In this document: piece by piece, positions 57,997 to 64,000 of the stretch | Position numbering within the stretch: the first letter of the stretch is position 1 | Layout of the letters: the number at the start of each line of letters is the position of its first letter | Source: Promethearchaeota archaeon | GTDB taxonomy: Archaea; Asgardarchaeota; Lokiarchaeia; Sigyniarchaeales; SOKP01 | Length of the DNA stretch: 64,000 nt | Direction of reading: 5' to 3' | NCBI GenBank assembly: GCA_016839705.1 | Contig: JAEOTR010000046.1 | Span: 1 to 64,000, forward strand | Notes under the pieces: model-generated | What the model was told of the DNA's origin: nothing | What the model saw: the letters and a program-made list of their open reading frames with translations, nothing else | Databases searched by the model: none | Made by a program: the position numbers and the translations under genes

Positions 57997-59859
57997 GTGA
58001 CGGAGAGGAAAATCAGAAAAATATTAGATGCTGAAAAGATAGCTGCGGGAGAAGTAGTTGAAAGACCAGCTAATATCGTAAAAGAGCTTATTGAAAATAG
58101 TATAGATGCGGGGGCTAAAGAAATTAGAGTGCTTATAAAGAATGCGGGGAAGACTTTAATACACGTAATTGATGATGGTACCGGCATCTCATCTGAGGAT
58201 ATAGAAATAGCGTTTGAGAGACATACGAGTAGTAAAATAAGTAATATTGAAGATCTTGATACTCTTTCCACTCTGGGGTTTAGGGGTGAAGCCCTCGCCA
58301 GTATTGCAGCAGTGAGTCAAGTTGAAATTATTTCACGGTCAAAAGAGAATGAAAGAGGAGTGCATTTAACTATAGAAGGAGGAAAAGTAAAAGAAAGAAA
58401 GGAAATCTCTTGCCAAGTCGGAACAGATATTAAAGTCAAAAATATATTCTACAATATCCCTGCTAGACAGAAATTTCTTAAAAAAGATTCGACTGAACTT
58501 AGTCACATTACAGATTTTATCCAGAGATACTCATTGTCGTTCCCTGAACTTCATTTCATTTACCGTCATAATGAGTTAGATATTTTGAACTGCCCTGCAA
58601 AGAATGACTTAAAAACAACAGTATTTCATATATATGGGAAAAATATTGCGAAATTTATGGAACCTATTAATTACGCAGAAAAGGACTCTCTTATTAAAAT
58701 TAAAGGATTATTAGGACATCCACAGATTTCTAAAAAAAATAGGAACTATTCAAGTTTATTCATTAATCGTCGTTATATTATCAGTGACGTTTTGTTTAGG
58801 GCAATTAAAGAAGCATATGAAGGAACATTAATGATAAGTAAATACCCTTTTTTTGTGTTATTTCTAGAAATTGATCCTTCAGTCGTAGATTTTAATGTAC
58901 ATCCGAAAAAACTTCACGTTAGATTTGAGAAAGAAGAAATTCTATATAATAGAATATACAATATAATTCGAAATTTTGTTGAAAATAACTTTATAAGAAA
59001 AGAAGCTAAATACATCTCCACTGAATTAGATCCTTACCTCCAAACTTATGAAGAAGAGTTAGATAAAGGCGTTAATAAAGTTGAGAGTATTAAGGTGGAA
59101 GGAAAAATAGCAAATGATGTAGTGGATATAACAAAACAAGAAATAGATAAGGCTCAAGACGGTGTCCAATTAAACTTATTAGATCAGATTATACAAAAAA
59201 AGAACGCTTCTGAGTCTTATATAAGAGGAAAATATATCATTTCCAAAGATTTTCCGCGACTTCGTTTAATTTCTTCTACTGGTCAATTAAGCAACAAGGT
59301 TTACATTATATTAGAAGGAATCAATGAAAATAATGAAGAAGGACTATTTATTTTGGATCAACATGCCGCAGCAGAACGAATTAAAAAAGAAAAATTCCTA
59401 AAGGATTATAAATCTGGGAAAGCAAGTAGACAAAAATTAATCCAGCCGTTTAGTATTGATGTTTCTCCTAGTGATAAAATATTTTTGGAGGATAATATAA
59501 ACGAAATTAAAAAGCTTGGATTTGATTTTGAACATTTTGGCGGAAATTCCTTCATTTTAAGGGAAATCCCAACTATCATGAATAAGATTCCTAATATTCA
59601 TATAATCAAAGAGATAATTAGCGATATCACGGAAATCGGAAAAGATAAAAGCTTTAAAGAAATTAAAGAAGAAATTATTAACTATTTGGCATGTCATAAA
59701 AGTATTAGAGGAGGAGATGATCTATCCTTAACTGACATTAGAAAGCTATTATTAGATTTAGCTGAATGTGAAGACTCTTATCATTGTGCTCACGGAAGAC
59801 CGACATTAAGATTTATATCCTTTAAAGAACTAGATAAACTTTTTAAAAGAACTGGTTAA
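57997..59859 (+). CDS. mutL: DNA mismatch repair endonuclease MutL
   Basis: IAAGEVVERP, ELIENSIDAGA, GFRGEALASI, DFNVHP, DQHAAAER, ACH, CAHGRP. Confidence 0.96.
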   Translation: MTERKIRKILDAEKIAAGEVVERPANIVKELIENSIDAGAKEIRVLIKNAGKTLIHVIDDGTGISSEDIEIAFERHTSSKISNIEDLDTLSTLGFRGEALASIAAVSQVEIISRSKENERGVHLTIEGGKVKERKEISCQVGTDIKVKNIFYNIPARQKFLKKDSTELSHITDFIQRYSLSFPELHFIYRHNELDILNCPAKNDLKTTVFHIYGKNIAKFMEPINYAEKDSLIKIKGLLGHPQISKKNRNYSSLFINRRYIISDVLFRAIKEAYEGTLMISKYPFFVLFLEIDPSVVDFNVHPKKLHVRFEKEEILYNRIYNIIRNFVENNFIRKEAKYISTELDPYLQTYEEELDKGVNKVESIKVEGKIANDVVDITKQEIDKAQDGVQLNLLDQIIQKKNASESYIRGKYIISKDFPRLRLISSTGQLSNKVYIILEGINENNEEGLFILDQHAAAERIKKEKFLKDYKSGKASRQKLIQPFSIDVSPSDKIFLEDNINEIKKLGFDFEHFGGNSFILREIPTIMNKIPNIHIIKEIISDITEIGKDKSFKEIKEEIINYLACHKSIRGGDDLSLTDIRKLLLDLAECEDSYHCAHGRPTLRFISFKELDKLFKRTG

Positions 59860-59892
59860 AAAATATATTTAACTATTTAAAAAACAAGGAAT

Positions 59893-60159
59893 TTATGCTT
59901 TTGAGAATGCTATAGCTTCAATACCTTGGATACCCTCAACTTTACCGAACAATTCTTCAAGCCTATCCGTACCGCCCCATTCTTCAGGATACCGTACGCG
60001 AACTCTCGCTTTTTTCAAGCCAAATGCAACAGGCATTATGTCATAGCGTTCAATAGCGCATGTATCAGGCAAAACTTTTGCTAAATTCCCTACAAATTCT
60101 TCAAAATCTACATCTGTTTCTTCTGGAACAACGTCGATTAATGCTATAAATTCTTTCAT
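59893..60159 (-). CDS. ef1b: Translation elongation factor 1-beta
   Basis: PVAFGLKK, GGTDRLEE; preceded by the usual Zn-ribbon gene. Confidence 0.88.
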   Translation of the reverse strand: MKEFIALIDVVPEETDVDFEEFVGNLAKVLPDTCAIERYDIMPVAFGLKKARVRVRYPEEWGGTDRLEELFGKVEGIQGIEAIAFSKA

Positions 60160-60185
60160 TTATATTATATCCTCTTAACAGTTCT

Positions 60186-60362
60186 TTAGGGGCCCTCAAA
60201 ATCACATTTCAAGCAGCGAAAAGAGTTTCCTGATTCTCTACAGCGCTCACATCTCCAAATTGTGACATCTCCACATTGAGGACAAGGAAAGTGTACAGCT
60301 GATTCGTATGGTGTTATAGGACGACCACACCCGAAACAAATATTCTTCTTATAAGAGCTCAT
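60186..60362 (-). CDS. Small Zn-ribbon protein (DUF1610/HVO_2753 family), absent from the ORF track
   Basis: Manual translation MSSYKKNICFGCGRPITPYESAVHFPCPQCGDVTIWRCERCRESGNSFRCLKCDFEGP; 4 CxxC; directly upstream of EF-1beta. Confidence 0.9.
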   Translation of the reverse strand: MSSYKKNICFGCGRPITPYESAVHFPCPQCGDVTIWRCERCRESGNSFRCLKCDFEGP

Positions 60363-60593
60363 GAAGTAATCAAATATAACTTAAATTAACCTTGGATTTT
60401 AAAATATGTACTAACTTTAATTATTTTTGGTTTATAATACTAAAATAGACTAAGAAAGTTTTTTATGGTTAAAAATTTAAAATTTACTTAAATAGCATTA
60501 ATGAAAATATTAATCAAAATTTAAATTAATCAATACTCTAGTTTGCATATAAATAAATACTTATTTTTAAATTTCCCATAGGAGAGAATTACG

Positions 60594-61124
60594 ATGCCAG
60601 AGAATAAAGTTAGAAAATATTTCTCACTAATAGAAGCATGGGCTTGGTGTGATATTTGTGAAGATATGATAGCATTAAGATTAGATAAAGATGAGATTAT
60701 TAGTGGATTAAAGATGGGCATTTATACGAAAGAGCACAAACATTATAATCTTTCCCCTGATCTGGAAGATCCCGACGATGCTTCCGGACAAGAGCATACA
60801 ATTTATATCTATATAAATGATAATTATGATATCACTGGAGTAAAATCATTTTTTGGGGAATCACCTACTACAGAAGAAATCGGTGCTGAATCTTTAGAAG
60901 CAGGTGATGAAGTAAGAATTCCTGTTATTGTAAAAGATATATCGCCAATGGCCGTACAACTGGGAATGCTAACAAAAGAACAGTTCAAAGTACTTAAAAT
61001 TTGTGATGGAATGAACACAATTGAACAAGTAGCCACAATTGCTCAAAGAAGCGTAGAAGATCTCGAAAAAATGATGGATCAACTCCGAAAAAAGGGATTA
61101 GTTCGAGTTATTAAAAGGACTTAA
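60594..61124 (+). CDS. Hypothetical protein: putative N-terminal metal-binding domain plus C-terminal wHTH
   Basis: CDIC..HKH..H; LTKEQFKVLKICDG..TIEQVA..LRKKGLV. Confidence 0.7.
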   Translation: MPENKVRKYFSLIEAWAWCDICEDMIALRLDKDEIISGLKMGIYTKEHKHYNLSPDLEDPDDASGQEHTIYIYINDNYDITGVKSFFGESPTTEEIGAESLEAGDEVRIPVIVKDISPMAVQLGMLTKEQFKVLKICDGMNTIEQVATIAQRSVEDLEKMMDQLRKKGLVRVIKRT

Positions 61125-61163
61125 TGTTAAAACCTTCTCTGTTTTTAAAATTAAATGTGCTCT

Positions 61164-62300
61164 CTATCTAGTAATCATTAAATCTTCCAGTTCTTGTTTC
61201 ATCTTCTTGATTTTTGGTTTTTCAAAATGTTTTCTTGCGGGGTTCAAGATATCAATGATTTTGCTTGAAACGCTATTTTTTAAGTCAAGTGGGTGGATAT
61301 TTTTGTTAAGATAAGCATCTTCCAATTCTTGATAAGTAAAAAATTCTAAGTCTCCCCCAAATTTTGTTGGTCTTTCGATTAGGAAATGAGAGTTATTTTC
61401 TCGAAAAATAATAAATTTCACCCAATCTAGAATTGGATTAAATAATACATTTCCCTCTGGGCAGAATGCAGAATTGATTTTTTCTTTAATTTCTTTGGGA
61501 CTATCATGAATGAATACGGCAGAATCAGGTAATGATTTACTCATTTTCATTTGTGACCATAGTTCTTTTAATTGATCATCATCTTCTATAGGCCAAATTG
61601 GTGGTTTTTGCAAGCCTAAGATCAAATGATTGTGAATACAAATTGGCTTAATTTTCATACCCTTTGAATTAAACAGATTATTCTTTTTCATTTTTAAAGC
61701 AACCTCTCGAGCAATCACATGAGCTTTCCTTTGATCATAACCAGCATGTGCGAAGTTTACGTTTTGGATAAAAATATCTGCTACTTGCATGGCAGGATAC
61801 AATAATTTTGCAAAATCAATATTTTCACCTTGTTTTTTTCCCATGATAGTAATGCTTCTTTGCATTCTGCTTAAAGTAGTGTTTTTACACACTTCGATAA
61901 CAGTTTCCCAGTATTCATCATTATTATGATACAATTCTGATCCAAGAGAAAATTTTACTTTGTTAGAATCAGCCCCAACACAAGACAAACCTGCTTTAAG
62001 CCCTTCTTTAAAATATCCAACAGCCATCTCTCTTATTTTTTCCATATCTCCCCCTAATTTATCATTAATCCAACTGTGCCAATCTGCAAGAAATATGGAA
62101 CAGTTAATTCCCGCATCAATAAAATCTTTGATTTTTCCCATACAAATAAGTCCTATACCTAAGTGTATTTTACCTGAGATTTCGAAGCCTATGTAGTGAT
62201 TTAGGGGAACTCCGGTTTCTAGAAGATGGAGTAAATCACTTTCAGTTAATATTTCCTCAGTTCCTTGTTTTATTAAGCTAATTTTATCTTGGATATCCAT
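61164..62300 (-). CDS. tyrS: Tyrosyl-tRNA synthetase (archaeal/eukaryotic type)
   Basis: YIGFEISGKIHLG, ADWH, YPAMQVAD, DQRK, KMSKS, AFCP, HPLDLK. Confidence 0.95.
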   Translation of the reverse strand: MDIQDKISLIKQGTEEILTESDLLHLLETGVPLNHYIGFEISGKIHLGIGLICMGKIKDFIDAGINCSIFLADWHSWINDKLGGDMEKIREMAVGYFKEGLKAGLSCVGADSNKVKFSLGSELYHNNDEYWETVIEVCKNTTLSRMQRSITIMGKKQGENIDFAKLLYPAMQVADIFIQNVNFAHAGYDQRKAHVIAREVALKMKKNNLFNSKGMKIKPICIHNHLILGLQKPPIWPIEDDDQLKELWSQMKMSKSLPDSAVFIHDSPKEIKEKINSAFCPEGNVLFNPILDWVKFIIFRENNSHFLIERPTKFGGDLEFFTYQELEDAYLNKNIHPLDLKNSVSSKIIDILNPARKHFEKPKIKKMKQELEDLMITR

Positions 62301-62568
62301 GTGAAAATAAAATAAAATAAGGAATAATAATTTTGTTGAATATGATTTAAGGTAAATATTTCTGGTTAATCAGAACCTTCAAATCACCAGCAATAATGAA
62401 TATAATAAGGAAAGTAGTTTTATTACTGAAAGTAGTAAATATCAAAACTGAAGAATTTGAATGACACTTTCGCATTGATTTAAATATGATATACACTATT
62501 TTCTTTACATAGATGTAAATTACATCTAAAAGAATATCCTTTAAAACAATACAAGGGATTTTGGGTTG

Positions 62569-64000
62569 ATGGAAAATAGATACAAAATTCGAGTTTTATA
62601 TATCTTAATTATAGTATGCTCAATTCCAATTATTTCTTGGGTGAATTGTAACAATCAAAATAATGATTTTGATAATGATAAGAATAAATATATCCATGAT
62701 TTAGATTCACAAATTAAACTTTCAAATAATCCTCCAAATAATAATTACTTTAAATATTATAAAGAAATAACTATAAATCATTTAAAAGTCTCTGATGACC
62801 TTACTAATTTTTCCCTGTTAGTTTCCATATTTGATGAAGATTTACATGATGATGTTCAATATGACGGGGACGATATTGCATTTGCAATAGATAATGAGTG
62901 GTTAGACCATGAAATAGAATTATTTCATCAAAGTTATAGCTCCACTCACGCGCAATTAGTCGCCTGGGTACGAATACCTTCACTTTCAAGTACTATTGAT
63001 ACTAAAATTTATATGTATTATGGAAACTCGACAATGGGGTCGCAACAAAATCCTAGTGGGGTTTGGAGTTCAAATTATAAAGGAGTATGGCACTTAAATA
63101 CAACTTTATTAGATTCAACTTCAAATGATAATGATGGTACAAACTATGAGGCAGATGATGGTTCAGCATATATAGCTAATGGTAGGGATTATGATGGGAG
63201 TAATGATTATTCAAATATGGGGTCAGATAGCAGTATAGATAACATATTTAATGGGGGTGCGACTATTTCGGCTTGGATAAAACCAGAGGGATGGGGTGGT
63301 GGTCAATATGGTCGAGTTTTAGCCAAATCATCTGTTACAGCTGGTACAGATGGATGGGTTATGTGTGTTGACGGAGAAGCAGATTCGGTTGATCATCATT
63401 TACTTTTTTATCGAGGTTTCGATAAGAATCCTTATAGAGGTCTTTGGTATACTCCTGCTGATTCTATAAGTCTTAATCAGTGGCAATATGTAGTTGTAAC
63501 TTATGACGATGGCTCAGATACTAATGTTCCTTCTATCTATATAAATGCCGGAGCGTCTCGCTCCCTTACACCAGAGCCCTCACCTAGCGGAGACGCTGTT
63601 GATGATTCTTCTCAAGAATTATATATTGGTAATTATGGAGGAGTACTTAAGGATCGGGCTTTTGATGGTATAATTGACGAAGTTCGTATATCGTCGGGGA
63701 TTAAGTCATCCGATTGGATTCAAACAGAATATAACAATCAATATGATCCTAATTCATTTTATACGGTTAGTTCCTCATTCGAAATTGATAAAGTTCCCCC
63801 GGATATTACGATAAACTTACCAACGAATAATACTTTATTTGGAAGTATAGCACCAAATTTCATCGTTGAAATAGACGATAATAATAGTATAAGTTCAAGG
63901 TGGTATCGTTTACTTAATGGGACAGCAACCACGATTAATACAACTTTTACGTCAAATGGAAGTATTAACCAAACACGATGGAATGAGATGGGAAATGGAA
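62569..64000 (+). CDS. Large secreted/surface protein with DUF2341 plus LamG/ConA-like domains, truncated by window end
   Basis: Manual translation MENRYKIRVLYILIIVCSIP (signal-like)..DIAF..LDHEIE..WVRIPSLS..IYMYYGN..VWHL..ISAWIKP..FDGIIDEVRIS; no stop seen before window end. Confidence 0.85.
   Translation, partial: MENRYKIRVLYILIIVCSIPIISWVNCNNQNNDFDNDKNKYIHDLDSQIKLSNNPPNNNYFKYYKEITINHLKVSDDLTNFSLLVSIFDEDLHDDVQYDGDDIAFAIDNEWLDHEIELFHQSYSSTHAQLVAWVRIPSLSSTIDTKIYMYYGNSTMGSQQNPSGVWSSNYKGVWHLNTTLLDSTSNDNDGTNYEADDGSAYIANGRDYDGSNDYSNMGSDSSIDNIFNGGATISAWIKPEGWGGGQYGRVLAKSSVTAGTDGWVMCVDGEADSVDHHLLFYRGFDKNPYRGLWYTPADSISLNQWQYVVVTYDDGSDTNVPSIYINAGASRSLTPEPSPSGDAVDDSSQELYIGNYGGVLKDRAFDGIIDEVRISSGIKSSDWIQTEYNNQYDPNSFYTVSSSFEIDKVPPDITINLPTNNTLFGSIAPNFIVEIDDNNSISSRWYRLLNGTATTINTTFTSNGSINQTRWNEMGNG

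Noticed and set aside
38878-59859. Methyl-directed mismatch repair linking the DNA methyltransferase with MutS/MutL
   Set aside because: MutL has its own endonuclease motifs, no MutH is seen, and the genes are 13 kb apart
1-64000. CRISPR arrays, tRNA/rRNA genes, IS elements, proviral genes
   Set aside because: No regularly spaced repeats, cloverleaf/T-loop motifs, transposase, integrase or capsid ORFs seen by eye; tRNAscan-SE and cmscan would confirm

Overview
AT-rich (about 30% GC), gene-dense archaeal chromosomal segment, most likely from an Asgard archaeon (Lokiarchaeia-like; inference). Support: archaeal information genes (RpoD, eL18, uL13, uS9, EF-1beta, thermosome, TrmI, RIO2, Sm, TrpRS, TyrRS) occur together with eukaryotic-signature-type genes (three small-GTPase-family proteins including a Rag-like one, a gelsolin-like domain, a PP1/PP2A-like phosphatase). 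Metabolic content: an hdrA-mvhD/hdrC/hdrB/metV/metF cluster, GTP-PEPCK, glyA, hisI, aroA, aroC and a four-subunit 2-oxoacid:ferredoxin oxidoreductase split by two multi-PAS histidine kinases. Also present: bacterial-type mutS/mutL, an orphan amino-DNA methyltransferase and the 5' part of a DUF2341/LamG surface protein. I found no rRNA, tRNA, CRISPR array or transposase. Best novelty candidates: (1) a circularly permuted ATP-grasp ligase plus M14-like peptidase pair (possible peptide-tag writer/eraser); (2) a gelsolin-domain protein with four predicted TM helices; (3) a Zn-ribbon ORF whose UGA is followed by 52 more sense codons inside a GC-enriched structured segment (Sec/readthrough or ncRNA); (4) a small GTPase that needs a non-canonical (likely AUU) start. 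All family calls come from motif recognition by eye; no database searches were run.
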